The notes: generated by a model not told the origin, from the letters alone. 64,000 nt of DNA from Candidatus Latescibacterota bacterium (GCA_965219995.1 CBDCOX010000002.1:3584001-3648000); one strand, 5' to 3'. Shown: positions 49,037 to 58,724, counted from the stretch's first letter. A program made the numbers and translations.

Positions 49037-50908
49037 ATGTCTCTCACACCCAGGCAGATCGAACACGCGCTTTCGCGAAAGCTCCTGCGCAACCGGCACA
49101 CCCGCATCATGATGGACTATTATGCGGAAAAGCTGCCGCGCCTGGAAACGCCCGAGTCCCCCGCGGAATGGAAGAAGCGTACCGTCAGGATTCGACGGGA
49201 CCTGCTGAAGAAAGTCTACCTGACCGGCCTGGATCCGGCCGTCAACGATCGTCCGCCGTCCGTCCGCTGGCGAGGCACCCTTAAGGGCAACGGCTATCGT
49301 ATCCGGAAACTCCACTACGAAGGATATCCGGGCATGCGGATCCCGGCGCTGCTCTACGAGCCCGAGAATCTCAAGGGCAAGGTCCCGGCCGTGCTCAACC
49401 CGAACGGACACCATCGGGGCGGCAAGGCCATGGACTACAAGCAGGCGCGGTGCATCAACCTGGCAAGACGCGGCATGCTCGCCCTGAACTTCGAATTCAT
49501 TGGCATGGGGGAACTTCAGGGCTCGCTCAACCACATGCACCAGGCCCATATGGACCTGTGCGGCGTTGCCGGCGTCAGCGCCATGTACCTGGCCATGAAA
49601 CGCGGACTGGACGTGCTGCTCACGCACGAACACGCCGACCCTGACCGGGTGGCCATGACCGGTCTGTCGGGCGGCGGGTGGCAGACGGCCGTTCTCACGG
49701 CGATCGATGAACGCATTGGCGTCTCCGTGCCCGTTTCCGGGCACTCCCCGATCTGGCACCGGGCTACGAAACGGTGGCAGGACCACGGCGACCTGGAACA
49801 GACGCCGGTCGATCTCTGCACCGTGGCGGACTACGACACCCTCACCGCGATGTTCGCGCCCCGTCCGGCGCTGCTTGTCCACAGTGTTAACGACGGGATT
49901 TTCCGCCCGGAATTCATGCGGCCGTCCCTGTATACGCCCGCACGATGGGTATACGAACGGCTCGGCGTATCCGATCGCATCGGGTTCTACGCGAACGAAG
50001 ATCCGGGCACTCACAACTACGAGAAGGACATCCGCGAGCAACTGTACAAGTTTCTGAAAAGCGCGTGGGATCTGGATATTTCGACTGAAGATATCCCCTG
50101 CGACGACGAAATCCGTTCCGAATGGGAGCTCAACGTCGGGCTGCCGCCGGGAAACCCCACGTACCTCTCGATTGCCGGCGAACTCGCCGGGCGCCTGCCC
50201 GAGAAGCGGTCGACTGCCGGCACCAAACCAGCGGATCGAAGGCGCCTCGCCAGGGTGCTGCGCCTGCCGTCCGCGTACACCGTCAAGCCGCGAGCCGTCC
50301 GCAAACCACGAACGCTCGCCGGCGTACGGATCTCGCACCACATCCTGGAGATGGGCCGCTGGAACGTCCCCGTCACGGAATTCGATCCGCCGGATTCGGA
50401 CGACGTCCTGCTCATCCTGCCCGAAAATGGCCGTGCCGGTGCAGCGAGGAGCGTGGACAACGCGCTTCAGGCCGGCAAACGCGTTTTCGTGGCAGACCTG
50501 CTCGCGTTCGGCGAACAGGTTATCGCTGAAGGCGCCTACCACTACCTCTTCATGGAGTGCATTGCCGCGGCCGGCGACCGTCCCCTGGGTATCTGCACGG
50601 CCCAGTTGCTCGCCCTCCGGCGCTGGATCGAGTCGACGTCCGGTGGGAGTTCCCTCAATATTACCGCGTATGGCCTCTCCACCGGCCTGATCGCTCTCGC
50701 TGCGGCTGCGCTGAGGCCCCGGGGCGTCGACGCACTCAGCGTCAACCTTCCCGACACCCTGCGCCGGCTCATCGACTGGAGCATCGACTACACGGACGAG
50801 CCCGTCCCGTTCTGTTTCGGCCTGCTCGAACAGTTCGATATTGAGGACCTGATCTTGCTTTCCGATCCGGTAGATATTCTTATCGACGGTCGCGGACCGA
50901 TGCGTTGA
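49037..50908 (+). CDS. Alpha/beta hydrolase (acetylxylan esterase-like)
   Basis: PALLYEP..PAVLNPNGH..DRVAMTGLSGGG nucleophile elbow..GTHNY. Confidence 0.82.
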   Translation: MSLTPRQIEHALSRKLLRNRHTRIMMDYYAEKLPRLETPESPAEWKKRTVRIRRDLLKKVYLTGLDPAVNDRPPSVRWRGTLKGNGYRIRKLHYEGYPGMRIPALLYEPENLKGKVPAVLNPNGHHRGGKAMDYKQARCINLARRGMLALNFEFIGMGELQGSLNHMHQAHMDLCGVAGVSAMYLAMKRGLDVLLTHEHADPDRVAMTGLSGGGWQTAVLTAIDERIGVSVPVSGHSPIWHRATKRWQDHGDLEQTPVDLCTVADYDTLTAMFAPRPALLVHSVNDGIFRPEFMRPSLYTPARWVYERLGVSDRIGFYANEDPGTHNYEKDIREQLYKFLKSAWDLDISTEDIPCDDEIRSEWELNVGLPPGNPTYLSIAGELAGRLPEKRSTAGTKPADRRRLARVLRLPSAYTVKPRAVRKPRTLAGVRISHHILEMGRWNVPVTEFDPPDSDDVLLILPENGRAGAARSVDNALQAGKRVFVADLLAFGEQVIAEGAYHYLFMECIAAAGDRPLGICTAQLLALRRWIESTSGGSSLNITAYGLSTGLIALAAAALRPRGVDALSVNLPDTLRRLIDWSIDYTDEPVPFCFGLLEQFDIEDLILLSDPVDILIDGRGPMR

Positions 50909-50976
50909 CGCTGCAGCACCCGGCGCCTCCCGGCCCGGTTCGCACGTGCCGTCGTCGATCCAGAAAGGCAATTGCA

Positions 50977-51753
50977 ATGTCTGATTCCGCAACCATCCAA
51001 CTGGACGCGCGCTATTACCGCGCGCTGCCCATCGACAGTCCCGGGTACGAATCGGTCACGTTCGAACTTCCCGTCCGGCGAACGGCGCTCATCGGGATGC
51101 ACTGCTGGAATATCGGCTGCCCCGACGGTCCTCCCCTGAACATGGACTACTGCGTGGACCTGGGCTGGCCCGAGGCTACGGCCGAAGGGTACCGCATCAT
51201 GTGCGAGGTGATGCGTCCGGCCATGGATGCGGCGCGGTCGATCGGACTGCCCGTGGTACACGTGGAAGCCGACTGGATGGACGAGCAATACCCGCATATT
51301 CCGTCCAGACGGGACAAGACGAACGTCTGGAGACCCGCGGGCCGGCAGAAGGAGATGCTGGATCGCGCCCACGGTCCCGAGTACATGAAACACTCCCCGC
51401 TCGCCAAAATGCGTCGGGCGGAAATCGTCTCTCCCGTCGGCGACGAGCCCATGGTGTTCTATACCGACACCCTGGACGCAACCCTGAAAGCGAACGACAT
51501 CGATACCCTCATCTACACCGGATTCGCGGCCGATATGTGCGTTCTGGGCTCCGAGGGCGGCGGGCAGGCGATGCTCTCCCGCGGGTACCGCTGTATCCTG
51601 ATGCGCGACGGCACGGTGGGCGTGGAACGTCCGGATACCTTCGACGAACGCCTTGCCACGCGCTACGGCATCCACATCTTTGAATGGAAGATCGGGTACA
51701 GCACGACGTTCGAAGCGTTTATGGCAGCGGCAGGAACCGGCCAAAGAGCCTGA
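50977..51753 (+). CDS. Isochorismatase-family cysteine hydrolase
   Basis: RTALIGMHCWN..AARSIGLPVVH..IDTLIYTGFAADMCV..RDGT. Confidence 0.75.
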   Translation: MSDSATIQLDARYYRALPIDSPGYESVTFELPVRRTALIGMHCWNIGCPDGPPLNMDYCVDLGWPEATAEGYRIMCEVMRPAMDAARSIGLPVVHVEADWMDEQYPHIPSRRDKTNVWRPAGRQKEMLDRAHGPEYMKHSPLAKMRRAEIVSPVGDEPMVFYTDTLDATLKANDIDTLIYTGFAADMCVLGSEGGGQAMLSRGYRCILMRDGTVGVERPDTFDERLATRYGIHIFEWKIGYSTTFEAFMAAAGTGQRA

Positions 51754-51790
51754 AACTCAACAGACGAGGCGAAAAGGAAAGGGAAATTCG

Positions 51791-52783
51791 ATGGCCCTCA
51801 GGATCTGCAACTGGAAACACGGCAAACAATGGGTCTACTCCATCACGTACGACGAAGCGCTGATCGAGCTGCACGAACGCGCCGTGCCCATCCACGAAGA
51901 ATACAACGTTCCCGGGCATATGGAGGCGGTGGCCGGCCATATCGGCGAGATCCGGAAACTCGGCAACTCGAGCTACAACGGGTTCCGGCATATGACCGGC
52001 GAAGAAATGCGGGAGATGGTGGATCGGGGCTGGGGTGTGGGCAACCACTCATGGAGCCACGAAGTGATCCGTCCGGATATGCTGGACCGGGAGTTGCGCG
52101 AGGCCAGGGACGTGCTGGAAGAGGCCATTGACGGTCCGGTGGACCTCTACTGCTCGCCCGGCAACAACACCAATATGGCGGACCACGTCCTGGCTGCCTG
52201 CCGGGAGTATGGCTATTTGGGCGCGATGAGCCTCACGGATGCCCTCAACCGCCCGGGTGACGAACTCTTCTGGCTGAACCGCACGGCACTGCACGACCAG
52301 TTCTACGAGCCCTTCAACAGCGAGTTCGATCCGTATCGGAACATACGCCACGCGCAGAGAGACAGCGGATGGATCATCGACTATTGCCACTGTCCGCTGG
52401 ATGAGGTCGTCCACCGGAACAAAGACTGCACCGCGGAACAGCTTCGCAGGCGTTTCGAAGCGGTTCTCGGGGAAGGCGGGGACGACGTCTGGTGCGCGGT
52501 TCCGGAAGAAGCCATCTTCTACCACCTGACCCGACGTCACACCGAAGTCACCACCGTGGCGAACGCCGCCGATGAAAAGCGTTATCGGCTGAATGTGAAC
52601 GGACTGTCCGATCGGGTCACCTGCCGCGCGCTGACCCTGGACGCCGACGTGCCCGCGGCCTGGTGCCGGTATCCCCGGATCCGCGTCAACGATCAGCCCA
52701 TGCCCGCCTCGCTCGTCGGTCCGGGCGTCCTGCGAATCACGGTTGACGTCACGGACGGGATGGAGTTGACGTATTCCGCGTAG
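51791..52783 (+). CDS. Polysaccharide deacetylase (NodB/CE4-like)
   Basis: SITYDE, GWGVGNHSWSH, YCSPG, WIIDYCH. Confidence 0.82.
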   Translation: MALRICNWKHGKQWVYSITYDEALIELHERAVPIHEEYNVPGHMEAVAGHIGEIRKLGNSSYNGFRHMTGEEMREMVDRGWGVGNHSWSHEVIRPDMLDRELREARDVLEEAIDGPVDLYCSPGNNTNMADHVLAACREYGYLGAMSLTDALNRPGDELFWLNRTALHDQFYEPFNSEFDPYRNIRHAQRDSGWIIDYCHCPLDEVVHRNKDCTAEQLRRRFEAVLGEGGDDVWCAVPEEAIFYHLTRRHTEVTTVANAADEKRYRLNVNGLSDRVTCRALTLDADVPAAWCRYPRIRVNDQPMPASLVGPGVLRITVDVTDGMELTYSA

Positions 52784-52832
52784 AACCAATCCCGGAACGG
52801 CTTGCTGAAAAGCGACTATAGAGGCCCCGCAA

Positions 52833-53390
52833 ATGGACGGCTTCCCGGGTCACGACCTTCACCTGGAGACGGCGCACCTGAAGCTGCGGCCGTTTGAGGC
52901 GGCGGATTTCGATCTGGCGGTTCCGTATTATCAGGATCCGGACTTCCTGAATGTTATGGAAGGAGAACCGCCCGACGAACCCGTTACCCGGGACTACCTC
53001 GAAGGTGCGGGCAGGGCGATGGCGGCACAGGGGTTCCTGTTCGCGATTGTCGAAAAAGAGTCCGGCCGCACCATCGGTGAAGTGTGTCTGCAGTGGATGA
53101 ATCTGGACCGCGGGAGGATTCCGGGCGAGAAAGTTATGCGCCTGCCGATCGGGATCTGGGACAAGTCGCTGTGGGGTCGCGGGTACGGCAAAGAAGTGGC
53201 GCGTTGTCTGATCACGTATGCGTTTGAAGAACTGAAAATCGATCGCTTCTGTCCGATGGACGTGCGCACGGACAATGCGCGATCGGTAGCGCTGTGGCGC
53301 TCGCTCGGCCTCACCGTCGCGAGGGAAGTGGACGGCGGGAAGGTGCTTGATTTCGAGATCACTCGTGCGGACTACGTGCGGATGGGGTGA
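52833..53390 (+). CDS. GNAT N-acetyltransferase (RimJ/RimL-like)
   Basis: LETAHLKLRPF..WGRGYGKEV..AFEEL..DNARSVALWRSLG. Confidence 0.88.
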   Translation: MDGFPGHDLHLETAHLKLRPFEAADFDLAVPYYQDPDFLNVMEGEPPDEPVTRDYLEGAGRAMAAQGFLFAIVEKESGRTIGEVCLQWMNLDRGRIPGEKVMRLPIGIWDKSLWGRGYGKEVARCLITYAFEELKIDRFCPMDVRTDNARSVALWRSLGLTVAREVDGGKVLDFEITRADYVRMG

Positions 53391-53670
53391 TGAAACCCAC
53401 ATAACCCTTCTCACACAAAGACACAAAGACACGGAGAAAACCAAGAAGGGTCAGGGGACCTTGCTGTTGAGAAAGCCCAGCGGACGCACCAAGATTCTTC
53501 CGCAATCTGAAGTGGTGAACATCTTCGATTGACTTGGCGAGCGGACTATGGGCGGATGGCGTAGAGAAAACCTGAAACCCATTACTCACACAAAGACACA
53601 AAGACACGGAGAAAACCAAGAAGGGTCAGAGGACGTTGCTGGTGAGATGGCCAGGGGGACACACGCCGCT
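53367..53670 (+). repeat. Two approximately 175-bp direct repeats carrying the CTCACACAAAGACAC motif and the GNAT 3' end
   Basis: CTCACACAAAGACACAAAGACACGGAGAAAACCAAGAAGGGTCAG at 53410 and 53585; the last GNAT codons are echoed at 53541-53564. Confidence 0.85.
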
Positions 53671-53705
53671 CCTAACCAGTACATAAGGTCTAAATCAAAT
53701 GCGGT

Positions 53706-54107
53706 CTATGTGATGGTGCCGTTGATAATTCGAGCAATGCCCTCCCTCATTGTTGCAGCGCCAAAGTTCAGTATAAAGCCGAGCTTCAAGTCGGTCAATT
53801 TGAGGTAGGTAAGGACTTGCTTCCGGTGTGCTCTCGTGATTTTCTCAACTGATTTCAACTCCAGGATGACGCGGTCCTCGACGATTATATCCGCGCGAAA
53901 TGCTTCGGAGAATCGCATTCCTTCGAACTCAATTGGTATCGGCACCTGCACCTTAACTTTCATGCCAGCCGTCTGAAGCTGCTTTGCCAGAATCACTTCA
54001 TAGACCGATTCAAGCAAGCCTGGGCCAAGATCCTTATGGAGGCGGACCGCACAATTCACGACCTCTGCACCTATTTCGTTTTCGTTCATCGATCCGAAAT
54101 GTTCCAT
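53706..54107 (-). CDS. GxxExxY protein (PD-(D/E)XK nuclease-like)
   Basis: LGPGLLESVY motif; FRADIIVEDRVILELKS..QVLTYLK..GFILNF. Confidence 0.93.
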   Translation of the reverse strand: MEHFGSMNENEIGAEVVNCAVRLHKDLGPGLLESVYEVILAKQLQTAGMKVKVQVPIPIEFEGMRFSEAFRADIIVEDRVILELKSVEKITRAHRKQVLTYLKLTDLKLGFILNFGAATMREGIARIINGTIT

Positions 54108-54132
54108 GCTTAAAGTGATGGATTCCTCTGGT

Positions 54133-54775
54133 GGTTTTCTTTGTGTCTTTGTGTGAGTTGCCCTAGGCCCCGTCTCCGAGCGTAGTGGTCGATGGTATAA
54201 TGTATTCGTCTCCCGTATTCCGTCTCACTGCCTCTCCTGGTTGCCCGTCTTTGGGTTGTTTCCGGTTTTCTTTGTGTCTTGGTGTCTTTGTGTGAGTAGG
54301 TTTAGCCCTCGTCTCCGAGCGCAGTGGTCGATGGTATAATGTACTCGTCTCCCGTATCTCGCACCTACTTCTCCTGGTTGCCCGTCTTTGGGTTGTTTCC
54401 GGTTTTCTTTGTGTCTTGGTGTCTTTGTGTGAGTAGATTTAGCCCTCGTCTCCGAGCGCAGTGGTCGATGGTATAATGTATTCGTCTCCCGTATTCCGTC
54501 TCACTGCCTCTCCTGGTTGCCCGTCTTTGGGTTGTTTCCGGTTTTCTTTGTGTCTTGGTGTCTTTGTGTGAGTAGGTTTAGCCCTCGTCTCCGAGCGCAG
54601 TGGTCGATGGTATAATGTATTCGTCTCCCGTATTCCGTCTCACTGCCTCTCCTGGTTGCCCGTCTTTGGGTTGTTTCCGGTTTTCTTTGTGTCTTGGTGT
54701 CTTTGTGTGAGTAGGTTTAGCCCTCGTCTCCGAGCGTGGCGATCGAGGGGACAACGTATTCGTCCCCGGGATTGA
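54133..54775 (-). repeat. Tandem array of four 131-139-bp units plus the native gene end
   Basis: GGTTTTCTTTGTGTC begins at 54133, 54264, 54401, 54540 and 54679; units nearly identical. Confidence 0.95.
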
Positions 54776-57695
54776 CGAGGTACGTGTAGCCGCCGCCGAG
54801 ATTCGTGCCTTCCCTGAGTCCGCGGACAATCGTAATATCGCCCGTTGAGACGCCGCCGTTTGTGACGGCCGCGATCCTGTAGCTCGTGTCCATCGGCAGA
54901 TCGTTGATGAAATGGATCGTGCGGCCGACGAGGTCGGGACCGGCCGGCAGGGGCGGATCCAGGTCAACCAGATTGTTCGCCGGGTCGGAAGCATCGATTC
55001 CTGTCACTCTCCCGCGCCATGAGGGACGTTCCGCTGTCAGTTCAACGCCGCCGACAGCGAGAGAGGTGCCGCCGATCATTCGCATCAGCTTCACCTCATC
55101 CCCCGCCAGGCGGATCATGCCAAGGGTGCCGTTGAACCTGATCCCGCCTTCCACTTCGACTTCCATCGGATCCTCACAACTGATCAGGATGTCTGTGCGG
55201 CCATCGACCATCTCTACGGCCACGGCGGCGGCGCTGCAGGCATCCCCGGCGTGGTTCACCTCCAGTTCCCGCGCCCGAGAGATGAGCCGGTTTGTATCGT
55301 AAGGTTCCAGGACGTTGAGAAACCGGCTATGCATCTCTTCGCCCAGCCTGCTCTGGATCAGATACCTGGGCCGCTGCAGCCGCCGCGGCGAATCCCCTGT
55401 GGCGAGCGCCACCTCATCGCAGGGCGTAAGCGCGTGCAGGCGAAGGTGCGGCTCGCAGCCTTCCGGAATTCGTCCGTGGATGTCCTCGATCTTCCAGTCG
55501 ACCCGGTACAGCTTCCGGACTGCCCCGGGGGAGCGTTCCACGTCGTATAGGTACGTGAAGCCGCTCTCCTTGAAGAAGTCCGCGTTCTCGCCGTCCAGCG
55601 TGGCGAACGAAATGTTGGGATCCGCAAAGGTGCCGCCATCCTGACCGACGAGTTCCAGGCTGGCAACACCAGCCGTTTCCGCGGCGCCGTGCCAGGACAG
55701 ACGGTGGTTTCTCCCGCCTCTTGCGCGAAACACATCCAGAACGTAGCTGTTGTCGTCGTCCACATCGACCATGGCGACCGTACGTCGGTAGGTTCGCAGC
55801 CCCTCATAAGCACTGGGCGCATCCACCTGGATCCCGCGCAACGGGGGCTCGACGGCGAAGCACTCGACCTGTCCGCCGGGGCTGTACGCCGATCGGGTAT
55901 CGCCCACCAGCAGCGTATTGTGACTGATCGTATTGGCCGTCCACGCGTGCCGTTTCGGCCAGGTCCCGGTGTATTCCGGGTACCCAAGGTCCGGCATCAT
56001 CGCCACGTTTTTCGCCAGCAGTCCCACGTTGAGCGAATCGTGGTGGGAGTGGCCCTTTCCCTGCCCGTAGTGGATGAAAACTGCGCGGCCGTTTTCCGGT
56101 CGTCCTGTCTGCAACTGCGCCTGCCCGTACCGCCCCAAGTGCTCACTCGTCAGGTTGCCCGATCCCTGTTGACCGACGTTCCGTATCTCACGGATCAGCG
56201 CGTCCGGATCCTCGCGGAAAATGTCATCCTCCAAGCGCAGGGTGGAACCGTGCGCGGAGTGTTCGTGCCAGGCCAGGGCCGCGAAACGCGGGTCCCCGTA
56301 CAATCTGTACGCCTGGACATAGGTCGCGGCATCGCCCTGGCGGCCCCACGCGCCCACGGCGCCGCTGTCCCCGGTGTTCGGCATCATGCCATCCAGGACG
56401 TTCAGCCGGGACTCCACGAGATAAGCCTGTTTGAGCTTCGGGTAATCCTCGACGAGATTGTGTTTCGTGTACTCAGGATACGTGGTCAGAATCTGCGCCA
56501 GTTCCCGCATGTGGCGGGTCCAGATGAGACCGTAACCCCCGCACTCACCGCCCATGCCGTCCCTGTCGAGACCCTCGGTCAATACCCAGGTCACCGGGTC
56601 GTTCTGGGCTGCGTGTTCCCCTGGAAATCCTGGATGGAACAGCCAGTCCAGCCACTCCGGCGTCAATTCGGGATGGTCCAGAGCGATCGCGGCGGTGGCG
56701 AGGGACGTGTGGTTCATGCCCGTGTTGCCGCTGATCCGGCCATCCTTTACAGAGGCAAGCGCCTCCAGCAGCAGATGACTCTGAATATGCCCGCAGATCA
56801 CCGCAATACTGCTTTTGTCCCGCAGGTCATATTCTCCGGCTCTGTCCGAGCAGAAAACCACCAGTTCATCATCGTCCTGGAGGCCGTCGAAGATGACGTC
56901 GTAGCTGCGCGCGAGGACCTGCACGACGAAGGTTTCCCAGATACAACCCTCAATCCGGCCTCTCCCCGAACCGCCCTGGCTGTGCTGAAATCCCAATTCG
57001 TGCAGCGGCAGGTAGTCCATCTCCGGATAGACGTCCGCGATCCGGTCAAGCAGAACGCCCGCCTTGTGGGCGTAGCGCCGGTCATTGGTGAGCGCGTACG
57101 CGTCGGCCAGCGCGGCAACGCCCCGCTGTATCCGACGCCACACGGCTTCGAAATTGTAGTATGCGATGATATCGTGTCGATTGCCCTGTTCGTCGAACAT
57201 GCCGTACCCGTCGTCGACGTGGAGTTCGTGCAGGGGGTCGGACGGATCGGGATGATCGGCATTGAACAGGAGCGACCGGTCGCCCAACTCACGACTGAAC
57301 ATCCCGTGCTCGTCGAGGGCCGACCTGTAGAAGGCCCCGAAGTCGTTCTTCGGGTACACCTCTCCGCAGTGTTCGCACCAGATCTTCCACGGCCTGGCGT
57401 CGTCGAACTCCCACCATTCGCGCCCCGATTTCGCCGGGGCCGTTTCGCCGCATCCGGGGCAATAGGGTTGCTGCCCCTTGTACGTCACCCCTTCGTTGGT
57501 GTAGACCGTCCGCGGCAACTCCTGCGCGGTGACCATCCCCCACAACGCATCGTCAGTGCGGTCGACCCACTCCTCGGCAGCCGCGACCGCCCCATCACGC
57601 CGCTCCCGCGCCCAGTCATATTTTTTCGCATTCGCCACCGCATTCGACCGCATCGACGCGCTGACGAACCGGCTTTGCTTTTTCCCAATTGACAT
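54717..57695 (-). CDS. Heparinase II/III-like protein
   Basis: DGMGGECGGY; GHSHHDSLNVGL..MPDLGYP..TISHNTLLV..YRRTV; N-terminal CPGC..CEHC; ATG 57695 after AGGGG RBS. Confidence 0.8.
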   Translation of the reverse strand: MSIGKKQSRFVSASMRSNAVANAKKYDWARERRDGAVAAAEEWVDRTDDALWGMVTAQELPRTVYTNEGVTYKGQQPYCPGCGETAPAKSGREWWEFDDARPWKIWCEHCGEVYPKNDFGAFYRSALDEHGMFSRELGDRSLLFNADHPDPSDPLHELHVDDGYGMFDEQGNRHDIIAYYNFEAVWRRIQRGVAALADAYALTNDRRYAHKAGVLLDRIADVYPEMDYLPLHELGFQHSQGGSGRGRIEGCIWETFVVQVLARSYDVIFDGLQDDDELVVFCSDRAGEYDLRDKSSIAVICGHIQSHLLLEALASVKDGRISGNTGMNHTSLATAAIALDHPELTPEWLDWLFHPGFPGEHAAQNDPVTWVLTEGLDRDGMGGECGGYGLIWTRHMRELAQILTTYPEYTKHNLVEDYPKLKQAYLVESRLNVLDGMMPNTGDSGAVGAWGRQGDAATYVQAYRLYGDPRFAALAWHEHSAHGSTLRLEDDIFREDPDALIREIRNVGQQGSGNLTSEHLGRYGQAQLQTGRPENGRAVFIHYGQGKGHSHHDSLNVGLLAKNVAMMPDLGYPEYTGTWPKRHAWTANTISHNTLLVGDTRSAYSPGGQVECFAVEPPLRGIQVDAPSAYEGLRTYRRTVAMVDVDDDNSYVLDVFRARGGRNHRLSWHGAAETAGVASLELVGQDGGTFADPNISFATLDGENADFFKESGFTYLYDVERSPGAVRKLYRVDWKIEDIHGRIPEGCEPHLRLHALTPCDEVALATGDSPRRLQRPRYLIQSRLGEEMHSRFLNVLEPYDTNRLISRARELEVNHAGDACSAAAVAVEMVDGRTDILISCEDPMEVEVEGGIRFNGTLGMIRLAGDEVKLMRMIGGTSLAVGGVELTAERPSWRGRVTGIDASDPANNLVDLDPPLPAGPDLVGRTIHFINDLPMDTSYRIAAVTNGGVSTGDITIVRGLREGTNLGGGYTYLVNPGDEYVVPSIATLGDEG

Positions 57696-57931
57696 TCTAT
57701 TCACCCCTTTCAACACAAAACTCCGGGTCGAATTCCAGGATATGTCCACGATTCTAATCTTGTTTATATTTCAGGCATTCCGCAACTGCTAAACATCCGG
57801 GTGGGCGTGCGACGCGTCGTGGGTTCCGGGTTGAAATCTCTGCGACAGAGGTTATATTACGCGAGGCGTGCACCATTCAAGGCGCCGGGAAAGGCCGGAA
57901 TTCACGAGCTATACATACGGAGGGGATTACA

Positions 57932-58669
57932 ATGGACGAAATTACAAACGATCGCGACGTGGAAAACGGAGAGGGGATGGGCATAGTCAGCAGGATGGTC
58001 GGCGCGCTGCTTTCGCCGGGGCGGACATTCGCGTCCGTCAATGCGCATACCGATCACAGAGACTGGTATCTCCCCATGGTCGTCATCGCGATCGTCGGGA
58101 TGTTCTCCGCGTATCTGCTCATGCCCGCCGCTCAGACGGCCGGGATGCAGGCCATGCAGGAGCAATTCGCGAAAGACGAATCCCTTACGGAGGAACAGCG
58201 TGCGATGGCCCTGAAGAATGCACAAAAGGTGATGGGCTTCGGCGCCGTTGTCCTTCCGCCCATAGGCACCGCCGTGACCATCTTCGTCCAGGCGGCGATT
58301 TTTCTGGCGCTCGCCAATTTCGTTTTCGGCGGCGACGGCACGTACAAAAAGACGCTGGCCGTTGTGAGCTACAGTTCACTTGTGGCTGTTCCGGCCGCCG
58401 TTGTCGCGCTAATGCTCGGCATGGCCTGGGATGCGCCAACGGTACAGCTCGGCCTGGGTCTGCTGGCGCCGGATTCCATGGAAGGAAGTTATATTCATCA
58501 CTTCCTGTCCATGGTCACCGTCTTCGCCGTCTGGAAGTATCTGTTGGTTTCGCTCGGCCTGGGAGCTGTTGCGGGGATCCGGACAAAGCTTGCATTGTCG
58601 GGGATTTTCGGTCTCTGGGTTCTCTACCTCCTGGCAGCCGCCGCAGCGCGGACCGTCGCTACGGTCTGA
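57932..58669 (+). CDS. YIP1 family membrane protein
   Basis: RMVGALLSPGRTF..five TM helices..GGDGTYKKTLAVVSYS. Confidence 0.85.
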   Translation: MDEITNDRDVENGEGMGIVSRMVGALLSPGRTFASVNAHTDHRDWYLPMVVIAIVGMFSAYLLMPAAQTAGMQAMQEQFAKDESLTEEQRAMALKNAQKVMGFGAVVLPPIGTAVTIFVQAAIFLALANFVFGGDGTYKKTLAVVSYSSLVAVPAAVVALMLGMAWDAPTVQLGLGLLAPDSMEGSYIHHFLSMVTVFAVWKYLLVSLGLGAVAGIRTKLALSGIFGLWVLYLLAAAAARTVATV

Positions 58670-58724
58670 CGGGGGGTAACGGGGAGATCCCGCAGGACAC
58701 CTTTAAATATCCATATATACCAAA

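Noticed and set aside
45871-53390. Antibiotic (aminoglycoside or beta-lactam) biosynthetic cluster
   Set aside because: No scaffold-forming enzyme (cyclase, glycosyltransferase, NRPS, IPNS), exporter or cluster regulator is present.
54133-54711. CRISPR array
   Set aside because: The sequences between the 33-bp motifs are about 100 bp and nearly identical to each other rather than unique spacers; no cas genes are in the window.
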